The position numbers and the translations under genes are program-made. A DNA stretch of 64,000 bases, from assembly GCF_009834535.1 (NCBI RefSeq), contig NC_045707.1, forward strand, positions 868,001 through 932,000, in the 5' to 3' direction. Below, piece by piece: positions 1-11,249 of this stretch; position 1 is the first letter of the stretch; the number at the start of each line of letters is the position of its first letter. Source of the stretch: Camelus ferus (lineage: Eukaryota). A model generated the notes under the pieces. It had not been told where the DNA came from, searched no databases, and saw only the letters and a program-made list of their open reading frames with translations.

Positions 1-48
1 CTTACAGTTATAGTTTAAGTCCCAAGGGCAAATTTAAACCTTGCAGCC

Positions 49-308
49 CAGTGGTTTTCAACCGGGAATGATGTCTTCTCCCCCAAGAGGACATTTGGCC
101 ATATCTGGAGACATTTTTGGTTGTTTCAATTTGGTGGTGGTGGTGGTGGTGGTGGTGGTGGTGGTGGTGGTGGTGGACTGTTGCTACAGGTATCTGGTGG
201 GTAGAGACCAGGGCTGCTACTCAACATTCTACAATGTACAAGACAGGTCCCCACAACAGAGAATTATCCAGCCCCGAATGTCAACAGTGCCAAGGATGAG
301 AAACTCTG
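49..308 (+). mobile_element. MER20 hAT-Charlie non-autonomous DNA transposon
   Basis: Starts CAGTGGTTTTCAACC and ends GAGAAACTCTG; the internal GGACATTTGG..TCTGGAGACATTTTTGGTTG and GGGTAGAGACCAGGG..AGAATTATCCAGCC match the recalled MER20 consensus. Confidence 0.9.
132..176 (+). repeat. (TGG)15 microsatellite inside MER20
   Basis: 15 perfect TGG units read directly. Confidence 0.97.
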
Positions 309-358
309 ATGTAGAGAAAGGACAGCTATGATTACTCATTAATTGTTTGACTCATTAA

Positions 359-617
359 TTTTATTTTTTTAATTGACATATAGTCAATTTACAATGTTGT
401 TTTAATTTCTGGTGTACAGCATAGGGTACAGTTATATATATATATTCCTTTTCATATTCTTTTTCATTATAGGTTATTACAAGATATTGAATATAGTTCC
501 CTGTGCTCTACAGTAGGACCTTGTTGTTTATCTATTTTATATATAGTAGTATCTGCAAATCCCAAACTCCCAATTTATCCCTCCCCACCTTCCTTCCCTG
601 CTGGTAACCATCAGTTT
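359..617 (-). mobile_element. L1 3' end, cetartiodactyl/camelid type, 5'-truncated
   Basis: T-rich tail followed by AATTGACATATAGTCAATTTACAATGTTG..TTCTGGTGTACAGC..GAATATAGTTCCCTGTGCT..GGTAACCA, the reverse complement of the young L1 3' UTR also seen at 53383-53678. Confidence 0.88.
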
Positions 618-1396
618 GATTCATTCATTTATTTAGCACTTGACAATGAAACACCCAGTATGTGTCAGACACCTTTCCACATACCAGGAATTTAATGGTG
701 ACTCAGGCTGTCTGGATACCTGTTCCACAGAGCTGTTATTCTAGTGGGAGACTCTGACAATAAGTACATCAACAAATAAGATAATTTAGAAGGTGATATA
801 TGCCACCAAAAAAAAAAAAAAAGAGTGATTATGAGATAGGACTCGGGGGCCTTGTTAGATACAGAGATTGTGGAAGGTCTCCCTGAGGAATCAGCATCTG
901 ATCTGAGACTTGAAATGTGAAAGGAAGCCAGCTAGTGAAACTCATGAAGGAAAGTGTTTCAGGCAGAGAGAGTGACAAGTGCAAATGTCCTGAGGCAGGA
1001 AATCCGGGATTGCTTGGGGAAGAGAAGGAAGGCTTTTGTGCCAGGAGCAGAGTGAGTACAAGGGAGAGCAGAAGGGATAAGGGAAGGGAGGCCTGGACTG
1101 ATGCTGAAGAGCAAGGTCAACATGTTTGATCTGTGAAAGGCCAGGTGGTACATACCTCAGCTGTGTGGTCCAAACACCCTCTGATGTGACTACTCAGTGC
1201 TCGCATTGCACTGCAAAAGCCGTCATAGACAATATGCCAATGAGTGAGCGTGGCTATGTTCCAATAAACCTTTATTTACAGAATCAGGTGGTGGGCTGCT
1301 GTTAGCTGATCCCTGGTAGAAGACATTGTAGGGCATGGAGAGGGGTTTGAATGTGAAGTACCCATGGATGATTTCAAGCAGGGGAGTAATGATTCC
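618..1396 (-). mobile_element. L2 3' fragment, interrupted by MER58A
   Basis: ATTCATTCATTTATTTAGCAC tail, then purine-rich GGAAGGTCTCCCTGAGGA..TGAGACTTGAA..CAGGCAGAG..TGCAAATGTCCTGAGGCAGGAA typical of antisense L2. Confidence 0.75.
1110..1315 (-). mobile_element. MER58A-like hAT-Charlie element
   Basis: CATAGACAATATG..GAGCGTGGCTATGTTCCAATAAACCTTTATTTACA..GATCCCTG matches the MER58A reverse complement. Confidence 0.8.
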
Positions 1397-1638
1397 TTTT
1401 TTAAATTGAAGTATATTTGATTGACAATGTTGTGTTAGTTTCTGGTGGGCATGAAATATTACCCACCCATCAAAAAGAATGAAATCATGCCATTTGCAGC
1501 AACATGGATGGACCTAGAGATGATCATACTAAGTGAAGTAAGTCAGACAGAGAAAGACAAGTATCATATGACAACACTTACATGTGGACTTGAAAAGAAT
1601 AATACAAATGAATTTATTTACAAAACAGAACAGATACT
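1397..1638 (-). mobile_element. Short L1 insertion with internal inversion
   Basis: 1397-1447 is the antisense L1 3' terminus (TTTTTTAAATTGAAGTATA..TTTCTGGTG). 1450-1638 is sense L1 ORF2-end/3'UTR (AAAAAGAATGAAATCATGCCATTTGCAGCAACATGGATGGACCTAGAG; the ORF track gives KKNEIMPFAATWMDLEMIILSEVSQTEKDKYHM). Confidence 0.8.
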
Positions 1639-2349
1639 TTAAAATGTGGTTCACAAGAATAATCCTGTCACTGACTTTGTGATCTTACTCATAACACTTC
1701 GGCTCTCACAGCCAGCCGGTTCTCCTTTGTAGAATTAAGTTGTCCAGGCTCCATCCTCAATTGCTGTGAGCACGGGGCAGCATGGATGCTTGGATGGGAC
1801 ATGGGGAAGCGTAGATTGCAAAGGCGAGGTATTGCGGCTCTCAGAATTGTTCCATCTGGGGAGGCCCCAAAGCCCTCACGTGTATCTTTGCAGCCTTCTA
1901 GTATGAGGAATGGCTCTGCTTCAGAGCTGGAGGAGCTTCCTGAAATTCCAGGAGGCAAAATTACTCATCTGCGATCACAGAAGGCATAAGCAGTTGTGTT
2001 TGGGCTCCCGCCCGCCTGTCTGCATGTTTTTCAGCTCAAATATAGACTTAGTGCTCACTGCCTCGTGGGTGCTGCTTCTCCCCTAGGAAGCCTATGAACT
2101 TTATTTTCTTTGCAGAGGAGTCACCTCGCCATGAAAAATAGCCACTTCCTCTGCCTTGCTTCTCCTTGGCAAATGCAGCCTGCAGTCTGGCGGCTCAGTG
2201 CCCAGGGGAGCTGACAGCAAGTTAACAGGGCGGGAACAGGAGGGCAGGAGCTAGGCCCTGGCAGCTGGACAAGTCTGCCAGGAAGAGGCCAGCTCTTGGG
2301 AAGTGACAGAAGAAATCCTTTCTGCCTGGGAGGCGAGGCAGGGTCAGCA

Positions 2350-2890
2350 CTTCCCTGTTCCTTAGAATAAAGCTCAAAGTCCTCACTGTGGCCCAACATA
2401 ATCTGACCCCTCAGGATCTTTCTGCCTCACCTCTGTCATTCCTCCCTGCCTTGCTTGGTCTGCTCTGGCCACACAGGTCTTCTTGCTGCTCTCCAAAGCT
2501 CCAAGCACGTGCTCTGCTCTGGGCTTTCGCATGAGCTGCTCCTTGTGTTTGGTTACCATTCCTGCAGCTCTTTCTTTGCTTGTTTGGTCAACTTCATCAA
2601 TGTCAGATTCTCAAAGTGGCCTTCCCGGGCCAATTTATTTAAAATTATTCCATACCCTGCCCATCACTTTCTATCCCTTTATTCTGCCTTATTTATTATT
2701 TTATAGCACATCATATTTTCCTACCTGATGTTATGTGTTGATGTGTGTCTCTGTTTAGTTTCTGTCTGCCCCATTTAGAATACAAACTACCTGAAGGCAG
2801 AGATCCATCACTTTTATGGCCATATCCCTGTCTCCTACCCAGGGTACTACACATGGTAGGAGATAAACACATTTGTGTTGAATGAACAAA
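2350..2890 (+). mobile_element. L2 3' portion
   Basis: AGAATAAAGCTCAAAGTCCTCACTGTGGCC..TGGCCACACAGGTCTTCTTGCTG..TAGAATACAAACTACCTGAAGGCAGAGA..TGTTGAATGAA. Confidence 0.8.
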
Positions 2891-3030
2891 GGATCTTCAG
2901 CCAGGATGGGACAGGTACCAGGTGCTGCCAGGCAGATGGTCTTTAGTGGGCTGGTCTGGTAGGAGTTGAGCTCTGTGGTAGGTGGTGGACACCCAGCAGT
3001 ACAAGATCTATGCACAGGTAATATGCAGTC

Positions 3031-3420
3031 TGTATTAGAGTCACACTAGCTGCTACAACAAATGAATGTCCATATTTCAGTGACTTAAGACAATCTCTAT
3101 TTCTTGCTCATATAACAATCCACTGTGAATTTTCCTATTAATAGGCAGTGGTGATTTAGGAAGTCAGGATCCTGCAGTTTTGTGGTGCTACCACTAGGGA
3201 TGTGAAGTCCTCTGCATCCAGTTGGAGATGGCGGATAAAAGGGTGGGGAAGACATACCCATTTCTCACCCTCCGTGGCTTGGGGGAGACTCTGAACACCT
3301 CTACTCTACTCTATTCGGTGAGAACTGATTGCATATCCCCATCGGGCTACCAGGAAGGCTGGGGAATAGTGCCTCTCCATGAGTACCTGCTTCCCAACAA
3401 CCATAGCTCAATACTAGGAA
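3031..3420 (-). mobile_element. ERVL-MaLR solo LTR, MLT1J/K-like
   Basis: Begins TGTATTAG..CTAGCTGCTACAACAAA..TCAGTGACTTAA..TATTTCTTGCTCATA, the antisense MLT1J/K signature. Confidence 0.7.
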
Positions 3421-3459
3421 ATACTCTATAATCTAGACCCCAGATGTTGATGGATGTCT

Positions 3460-4900
3460 AACCATTGCTCTCAGATGATCCTGGCTCTTTCATTTTCTCT
3501 GCTCTTTCCTACTCTGACAGCCTTGCCCAGCACTGGTCCCCACATGACCCTTGGACATATTGGTTCTTCCCATCCTACAGACCTTTCCTCTTGACTCCAC
3601 AGCCTTTCAAGTTACTGACATGGCCACCTTCTCCCCTTTGCTCTTGCCAAACTTCTTGAAAGAATTCTCTCCTGATTTTACTTCTCTCACATATTACTTA
3701 TTGCTTAGTTTCCTGAAACTGCTCCAGCTCAATGCCATCAGTGACCTTATTGCTAAATCTGATACTCTCTTCTGAGCCTTAATTCCATATGTCTTCTCTG
3801 CAAAATTTGACACTTCGAAACACATCTTCCTGCCTGGAGCTTGTGCCTTTCTGACTCTCCACGCTCCCAGGTCTTGTCTTACCTCTCTGCCTGCCCTTTC
3901 TCAGTCACCATGCTGTTTTCTGCTCAAGGTTGATGTCACCTGATTTCTGTCCTTGGACCCACCTCTCTCCTCCCTCACCATAATGGTAACAAGTTTCCAT
4001 AACCTAGGTGGTTTCAAATAACAGAAATGTATTCCCTCACAGTTCTGGAGGCCAGAAGTCCAAAGTCAAGGTGTCATAGGGTTCATTCAGGAGGCTCTGA
4101 GGGAGAATCTGTTCCAAGCCTCTCTCCCAGGTGCTGATGACTGGACATCCTTTTCTTGAAGGCTCATCTGTCTAATCTCTACCTCCATCTTCATAGTCTT
4201 TCCCTCTGTGTTCTCTCTGTATCTCAAATCTCCCTCTCCTTTATGTTACTTTGACAACAGTAACTGGATTTAGGGTCCATTCTAAGTCCAGGATGATCTT
4301 ATTTCAAGATCCTTAAATTAATTACATCTGCAAAGAAGTTACTTACAAATAAGTTCACATTTGTAGTTCCTAGGGGTTAGGACTTGGGCAGATCTTTTGG
4401 GGGGAACTCGATTCAAACCACTGCACCTCTCAAATTTGTACCTCTGTAACCAGCTTCACTCCTGAGCCCCAGATCACATTTCCAACTCCCTACCATACGT
4501 CTCCAACCCCAGCGTGTAGAAGAACCCACATGAACAGGTCCAAACTGGCATTTATCATTTTTTTTCTTACTCCTAATCACTTTTTATTTTCTCTTGTGGT
4601 AGATGGCTCACCATCTGTCTCATCTTATGAGCTAGAAGCATGAGGCTTATCTTGGATTCCTTCCTCACTTAACTCCCACCTCCATGCAGGCACCAAGTTG
4701 TGTTGATCTGACTGGGAATTAGCCCCCAAACCCTTCCATTTCCAGAATTTTTGTCTTGCTGCAGCTCTCAATATTGATCAGCACTGGTTTGCCCACAGCT
4801 CCATAGCACATTATCCAGGTCAGTGGAAATCCTTCGACTATGAAGTTAAGCTCCTTGCCTTGGCATATGCTCTTGCCTCTGCCTGAAATACTCTTCCACC
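3460..4900 (+). mobile_element. L2 ORF2-region fragment split by an MLT1 LTR
   Basis: Pyrimidine-rich L2-like sequence (TTGCCAAACTTCTTGAAAGA..TGCTAAATC..ATTTGACAC; resumes CTCAAATTTGTACCTCT..CTCCTGAGCCCCAGA..TCCAAACTG). Confidence 0.65.
3982..4425 (-). mobile_element. ERVL-MaLR solo LTR, MLT1D-like
   Basis: AACAGAAATGTATTCCCTCACAGTTCTGGAGGCCAGAAGTCCAAAGTCAAGGTGTC..TCCAGGATGATCTTATTTCAAGATCCTTAA..ACATCTGCAAAGA..ends ACTGCA. Confidence 0.88.
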
Positions 4901-4919
4901 ATCATATTTCTGGCATTTG

Positions 4920-5040
4920 AAATTCATTCATTCAACAAAAAGCAATGGAACATCTACTCACCAGTCGCCAAGAGGGTTCTAGGAATATAGCAGAGGAACA
5001 GACAGACAAATCCCTTCTACCTTCCAGCCTACATAATCTA
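4920..5040 (-). mobile_element. L2 3' tail fragment
   Basis: ATTCATTCATTCAACAAA..TAGGAATATAGCAGAGGAACAGACAGACAAATCCCT. Confidence 0.7.
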
Positions 5041-5659
5041 CCAAACTTACCCTGGCCAATTCATCTTACTCTTAGTGTGCACTTAAAGGCAGTATTAATG
5101 CCGCCTCACAGGGCCAAGAGACATGAGATTAGCTCAGGTTACTTCCCTCCAAGACGCGAAATCCCCCCAGAAATCAGCACTTCATGAAATGTCACAGTTC
5201 CGTACCCCCTGGCACTGTTGACTCATACAGCGCTCTACCACGCCCGAGATGTCATCAGTGGAAGCCATCATCCCCCACGGAGTGCTTTCCTGGGTACAAA
5301 TGATGCTTTTAAAAAGAGTACACCAGCTTCCCAAATTGCATTTTGCTGGAGAAATCAATAGCAATGACTTGCAGTTCGCAGGCAGTGCTTTTGAGGAGGG
5401 AGAGATGCAGGAGGCAAGCGAGGAAGGGGTTGGGGCACTAGGAAGAAGGCAGCTGGGTTTGCTGGTGGATTTCACACTCCAGTGCCTCCCACTGGATGTG
5501 GAGGGGTGAATGCAGAGGGGTCCTCCCTAGAAGCAGTGGAGAAATGGAAATAGATTAGTTTAGAAATGCGTTTGTGCAAACAACCACCCCCCTCCACTCC
5601 CGTCTTTCTCTCACCCTTCGCAACAGTCACACCAGCAAGGTCTGTAGATTTCCCACTCT

Positions 5660-5980
5660 GAAATGCTTCCTGAATCTCACCTCTGCACTCCATCACCAGT
5701 AGTCCATCCTGGACCACCTGCCATCAGCTGACACTTGGACTAATGCAACGGCCTCCTATCTGGTTTTCCTGTGTTTACTCCTGCAGTATCATCAAAACCT
5801 ATTCTTTTTACCTGAGCCAGAGTGATTTCCCAGCAACAAAAGGCAGATTCAAGTCACCGTTCTGTTTTAAAGGTTATTCAGGTCTCTGCTTAAATACTGT
5901 GTCTTCAGAGTGGCCATCATGGTCCCTTGTTTATAACAAACCTTGGTGACTCTCTCTGATGTCTCCTTGCATTATTTCCC
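5660..5980 (+). mobile_element. L2 fragment
   Basis: CTGGACTAATGCAACGGCCTCCTATCTGG-like segment and GCCAGAGTGATTT; L2 3' region. Confidence 0.6.
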
Positions 5981-6116
5981 TTATAGCTCTCAGCACAATC
6001 TAACATCTTGTTTCTTTATTTCTGTGCTTCTTATCTCTCTTCCCTTATACAACATTTTAGCCCCAGGGCTTTGAACTGTACCCAGGGCAGAGTAGACATT
6101 AAGACATAGCTATTGA

Positions 6117-6643
6117 CAAAAGTGCAATAGATAGTCACCCTGTTAGGATCGGCAAATCCTGAACTCCCAATTTATCCCTCCACCCCACTTCCCTCCTGGC
6201 AACCACAGGTTTGTTTTCTATGTTTGTGAGTCTGTTTTGGTCTTGTAAATAANNNNNNNNNNNNNNNNNNNNNNNNNNNNNNNNNNNNNNNNNNNNNNNN
6301 NNNNNNNNNNNNNNNNNNNNNNNNNNNNNNNNNNNNNNNNNNNNNNNNNNNNNNNNNNNNNNNNNNNNNNNNNNNNNNNNNNNNNNNNNNNNNNNNNNNN
6401 NNNNNNNNNNNNNNNNNNNNNNNNNNNNNNNNTCTTTATCCAATTTGCAGATACTACTGTATATAAAATAGATAAACAGGAAGGTCCTTCTGCATAGCAT
6501 AGGGACCTTGTAATAGCCTATAATGAAAAAGAACATGAAAAAGAACATATATATAAAACTGAATCACTATGTTGTATACATAAATTAACACATTATAAGT
6601 GGACTATAACTCAATTTTTAAAAAATTTTAAAAAGTTAAAAAA
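6117..6643 (+). mobile_element. Young L1 insertion with 5' inversion (twin priming), poly(A) and 16-bp TSD
   Basis: TSD AAGACATAGCTATTGA (6101-6116) / AAGAAATAGCTATTGA (6644-6659). Antisense L1 about 6148-6252, sense L1 3' end about 6442-6643 with A-rich tail; an N-gap lies between. Confidence 0.85.
6253..6431. other. Assembly gap (179 N)
   Basis: Run of N inside an L1. Confidence 0.99.
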
Positions 6644-6719
6644 AAGAAATAGCTATTGAATGTTTGAATGCTACTGCCCTCAGAATGACAAATCTATTAA
6701 AAAACTGTCACATGCTGGT

Positions 6720-7050
6720 CATTCATTCATTCATTTATTCAATAAATTTTTTGGAGCACCTGCTAGCTGCCAGCCTCTCTACTTGATGCTGGAGGTAGAG
6801 ACAGGAAGACTCGGTCCTTGACCTCAGGTAGCTTTTACTATGGGAAGGGGGGCAGATACAGCACTGGGGGCAAACAAAGGTTTAAACTTGGTAGGTGCAA
6901 GAGGAGGGCTTTGAACACCACCCAAAGTCCTGCAGAGCCCAGGGAGTAGCTTATATTCCCTGATGGACCGGAGAAGACTCTGCCAAGGAGGTAGCACATC
7001 ATTTGGGTTTTGAATGATGCGTAGGAGCTTGTTAGCTATAGAGGAAGTGT
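6720..7050 (-). mobile_element. L2 3' fragment
   Basis: ATTCATTCATTCATTTATTCAATAAAT..GAGCACCTGCTAGCTGCCAG.. followed by purine-rich antisense L2. Confidence 0.7.
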
Positions 7051-7479
7051 GAAGACATAGGACACCTAGTCAAAAATCAATTTACCAGAAGTAGAAATAA
7101 CATAGGAGGATTAAGGGGGAGAGATAGGTTTCAAAGCTTTGGTTCTGTGATCTTTCCAGTAATGAAAATGAAAAGGAGGGAGAGGGAGAGAGAAGTCACG
7201 GGGAGGAAGGGAGGAGGAGCAGATTGAACAGCCGTCCCTCACCTTCATTCTCTTCCTCCAAGTGACATGTCTGTGATGCAATTTTTCTTTCAACTATTTA
7301 CTCAGCAAACACTTAGCACCCAAGTCTACCAGGTTCTAGGGATATGTAATGAACACAATGGGTAAATCCCTGTGCTCGGGGAGTTCCTAGTCAGTGAGGG
7401 ACAGACTTGCAGACAGGAAGTTGTCGATCTGGCCAGTGTTTTATCTGGGAAATTGTGCCTTCTCAGTGGTAGCAGAAAC

Positions 7480-7640
7480 GGGTAATGTTTAAGTACGCAG
7501 GCTCTGGAATTTGACTAGATCTAGGTTGAAATCTGCCTCAAGTGAGTCTCAGTTTTTTCTTCTGTAGTGAAGTAGGGTTGAAAATGATTGGGAGGCATGA
7601 GTGGAAGTAATGCATGGAAAATGTTTAGCGCTGTCCAGCA
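7480..7640 (+). mobile_element. MIR SINE
   Basis: TTTAAGTACGCAGGCTCTGGAATTTGAC..CTCAGTTTTTTCTTCTGTAG.. Confidence 0.65.
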
Positions 7641-7664
7641 TACTCCACACGTGCCAGGGATTCC

Positions 7665-7890
7665 TACTACTGTAGCCTCTGTTTGCTGAGCCTCACTCTG
7701 GGCCAGGATGTGTACTAAGTGCGTTACTTGGAGTGTCTCAGTTAATCCTCACGACTCAGTGACAGAGGTAGTATTACCATCATTGTTACCTACATGTTAC
7801 AGATGAAGATGCTGAAGAGAGCAGTTGGGTAACTTTCCCGAGATCACACAGCTTGGAGTGGGTCACTCCAGAGCCCTCTGGCCACTGCTT
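7665..7890 (-). mobile_element. MIR SINE
   Basis: TTAATCCTCACGAC..TTACAGATGAAGATGCTGA..GTAACTTTCCCGAGATCACACAGCT (antisense CORE). Confidence 0.75.
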
Positions 7891-8646
7891 CCCTCTCTGA
7901 CAACCACAGAGACCCTGCTGCTGGCCTGAGCCAGGTCTAGGATCTAGTTAAACCCAACTGATGTGACATCAGACCAAGCAATACCTGAGACTTTCTTTAT
8001 ACCTCCTGACCCCTGATCCTGACTCTTCCACCTACTGGCCATTACCTTCAGCCCACACTTTGCACCCTTCTGAGCCTGTTTCCCTATCTGCAAAATGAGC
8101 GGAGCTGGACCAGAGCACCCCCAAGATTTGAGTCACTGTGTTGCGGTAAAGGCTGTTTGAATGAATTGAGCATCAGTGAGGGGGCCCTGATGACTACAGA
8201 ATTTTCTGGTGAAGGATGGGTCCGCAGGTTTCAAGGGGTCCTTGAGAACAAGCGTCAGGCAAAGGGAGCATTGCTCTGCAATTTCTGTGAACTGCTAAGA
8301 TTCTTTCCAGGAAGCAGTGAAGTGGGGGAACGTTCCTCTCTCTAGGCTCCTTTTCAAGCAAGGGTATGGAAGGGAGAAATGTTCTTTGCCCTCTTCTTGA
8401 ACTAATCGCCATCAGCTGGGTTCAGCCCTCTTTAATCTCAAGAATCCATCGCAGGGAGAAGGGCTGTTCTTTCCTCCATCCAGACAGGACCCAGCGAGGA
8501 TGTCCTGGGCCACCTTTGACCAATGGATATGATTTCAGTTAGGAGGATTTGTATTCCAGTTTGGACTCTTCCACTGCCAATTGAGTGGCTTTGGCTGAGT
8601 CCCATAGTCTCTCTATGGCTAAGCTTCCCAGCTTTAAGATGAGAAT

Positions 8647-8770
8647 GGGGGAAGGGTATAGCTCAGTAGTAGAGCGCGTGCTTAGCATGCATGAGGTCCT
8701 TGGCTCAATCCCCAGTACCGCCATTAAAATAAATAAATAAACTTAATTACTGCCCCTCCATGTGAATAAA
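8647..8770 (+). mobile_element. Camelid tRNA-Ala-derived SINE (Vic-1 type)
   Basis: GGGGAAGGGTATAGCTCAGTAGTAGAGCGCGTGCTTAGCATGCATGAGGTCC..CCCCAGTACC is a tRNA-Ala(AGC)-like head, followed by the AATAAATAAA..TAATTAC..CCCC tail shared with the other copies; inserted in a MIR. Confidence 0.88.
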
Positions 8771-9019
8771 TCATACTTTCCTTGCAAAGTAATTACAAAG
8801 AATATAAAATGATGAACAGGTGAAAGTTTCAAGCTAAATGCCCTGGAAATATGTAGGTGCTCAATGCACGTGCAGAGAAAGACTGAAATGGGTATTTTGG
8901 TTCAATGGACGGAAGAACCTTGTAGGCATCAGACTTGGCACAAGAAGGGCTGTTCTGGCCCCAGAGGTTGTAAAACCTCACTCACTTATGCAAACTGAGG
9001 GTAGGACAACCACTTGGTG

Positions 9020-9122
9020 TTCAAATGTGAGCCCCATGAAGGCAATGATCTTGGCCTGTTTTGTTCACTGTTTTATTCTCAGTGCCTGGCACAAAGTAGG
9101 AAAATGTTTGCTGAATGAATAA
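9020..9122 (+). mobile_element. L2 3' tail
   Basis: GTGAGCCCCATGAAGGCAATGA..TTTTGTTCACTG..CAGTGCCTGGCACAAAGTAGG..TTTGCTGAATGAAT. Confidence 0.8.
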
Positions 9123-10309
9123 ACGCTTTGGCAGAGTGGATTAAAGCATGGGAGGAGGTGGAGGGGTAGACCGGATGCTGTTTAAATTCACTTCCAGTTT
9201 TGAAACTTTATGAGTCTTTGAACTTTATATATAGGACCTTAACACCAGTGTTCTGTGAGCTTTAAGTAGTTAACTGCTGCCCAGCCTTAAGCCACATCAG
9301 GCAAATTCTGGTTTGAGGAAGAAAGGAGAGAAAATCTCTTCTTTCGGGGTTAATTGGAGAGGGCCTTTGGAAAAGGGAATATGGCTCTTTTTGGAAGAAA
9401 TTCTCTCTTCTGCCCTTTGTGCCACTACCCACCTGCCACTTCTGAGCATAAGGACTTAGAAACAAGAGGAGAAGACGTTCTTTCCTGTTGGACACACCTG
9501 GCCCTCATTTTTTAATTTACTCGACTCTCTGAGATGGTTAAACCCGCTTCCGCCTTTCCCCAGAGCTGGCATTAGTGTCTATGTAGAAAGAGCCTGGTGG
9601 GCAGATTACAGGGAGGAGATACAGACAGAGACCCAGAGAATTACAACTTCCTGCTATTCTCTCTAAGGTGGAGTGCTTTCCAATCAGTTTCGTCCTCCCA
9701 GACGCTCCAGTCTCCCTGAGTTCTCTCCCGAGCCGTCTCCTCGGCTTATCTGCTCATTCTTAGGCCTCGAGAGTATCTGAGAAGGGAAAACTGTAAATTA
9801 TACTGTCAAATTGGATAGTACAAGAAAGTGGCAAGGAGATGAGAGCCAGGGCCTTCCCAGAGAGCAGCCAGATGAAAATGGTTATAAATAAGGCGTGGGG
9901 GCCACCATTGGAACCCTCTGTTCTTGACATTTGTACACAGGCTCCATGGTCTTGGCAGTCAGCCAAAGGCCCGTCTACAGATTTATTTCTTCACCCTGCC
10001 TGGCATGAAACTGTCCTCTAGATTGCACCTGTGAGCAGCGCAGTCACATGGCCTCATCTTTTAAGCCAGCTCCTTTTTTTGCTTTTGGTCCATGAAGATG
10101 AGCTGCAGATGCTCAACTGAGGCTGAGTCTGATTCGTCCTCAGAACCCTTGGTGACTAGCCCAGGGCAAAGTGTCGTTACACAATAAACATTTGTAGAAT
10201 GACTGAGTGAACAAATCAAAACTTTTTGAGGCAGTTGTCTGTCCCTACCACTACAGATTAATCTACTCTCTAGATTATTCCTGATCTTTTGCTTCATGTG
10301 TACGTAAGA

Positions 10310-10520
10310 ATGCATTAGGCTGCAAGTAAAAGAAAATCTGGCCCATACTGCATAAAACCATCGAATATATATTTATGCATTTTTTTTTAACAACACAAGC
10401 GATAGTGCCAGGATTGATTTATTGTCTCAACAATCTCATCAGGAATTCAGGTCCTTCTGTTCCTTCTGTTTTGCCATCCACTGGGCATCTCTCATGCCTC
10501 CTGTTGGTTGTTGGTTTTTA
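10310..10520 (-). mobile_element. ERVL-MaLR LTR fragment, MLT1J/K-like
   Basis: ATTAGGCTGCAAGTAAAAGAAAA..CTCAACAATCTCATCAGGAATTCAGGTCCTTC..TTGCCATCC. Confidence 0.6.
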
Positions 10521-10574
10521 TATGAACTTTCTTTGCTGCTTCTACAGATGTCTTAGGATGGAGATGAGCTTTTG

Positions 10575-11050
10575 ATGCATTGGTTGTAAACTAATGGCTT
10601 CATGACATGTATGTTTAGCTCTCAATATTTTTTAAAATTTAGTTTCTGACATTTAAAATTTAGGGTATTTTACATAAAGTTCTAGATTTTTGAGTTCTCT
10701 TTAAAAATCACAAGACCTGGAAGAGGGGAGGGTATAGCCCAAGTGGTAGAGCATGTGCTCAGCATGCACAAGGTCCTGGGTTCAATCGCCAGTCCTGCCT
10801 CAAGTAAATAAACCTAATTACCTACCCCTTAAAAGTTTTTTAAAAAAAATCAGAAGACCTGGAAACTACATGGCCACACAAGCAAGAGTAGGTGGTAGCT
10901 GCCCTCTTTGGTTGAACTGTGGATTGTCGTTTCTCCAGCGTTCTCCCCGCTCCCTACTGATTACAGCCTCTCAGCTATACCCCATTCATATCACCTGAAG
11001 GAACCCCTGCCGGTATTTGAGTTTGGATCTTACTTCAAAGATGTTTTGAC
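10575..11050 (+). mobile_element. MER102-like hAT-Charlie element (host of a SINE)
   Basis: TTTTACATAAAGTTCTAGATTTTTGAGTTCTCTTTAAAAATCACAAGACCTGG..GGTAGCTGCCCTCTTT..GGTATTTGAGTTTG resembles the recalled MER102 consensus. Confidence 0.65.
10723..10844 (+). mobile_element. Camelid tRNA-Ala SINE (Vic-1 type) with 20-bp TSD
   Basis: tRNA-like head GGGGAGGGTATAGCCCAAGTGGTAGAGC..; TSD AAAAATCACAAGACCTGGAA (10703-10722) / AAAAATCAGAAGACCTGGAA (10845-10864). Confidence 0.9.
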
Positions 11051-11249
11051 CCCCATGGACTGCACTTTCAGGCTACCGAGTAAAAGGCTTTTGCAGCTAC
11101 TTTCCCCCTAGAAATTGCTCTAGGCTGTATCGCCCAGTCTTTAATTGTTGGTTCTTTCTGGATTCTACTCTTTGGCTCTATATAAGCCTTTAATTCTCTC
11201 ACCTCTTTGAATTAAAGGCTGCTCACTTAGGAAAAAAAAAATCTCTCTA

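Noticed and set aside
41-331. Poly-Val / poly-Trp ORFs
   Set aside because: Translations of the (TGG)15 microsatellite inside MER20.
8651-8723. Functional tRNA-Ala(AGC) gene
   Set aside because: The anticodon arm is intact, but the acceptor stem is mismatched, the T-loop TTC is mutated to CTC, and the SINE tail follows. The other four copies are also degenerate or flanked by TSDs.
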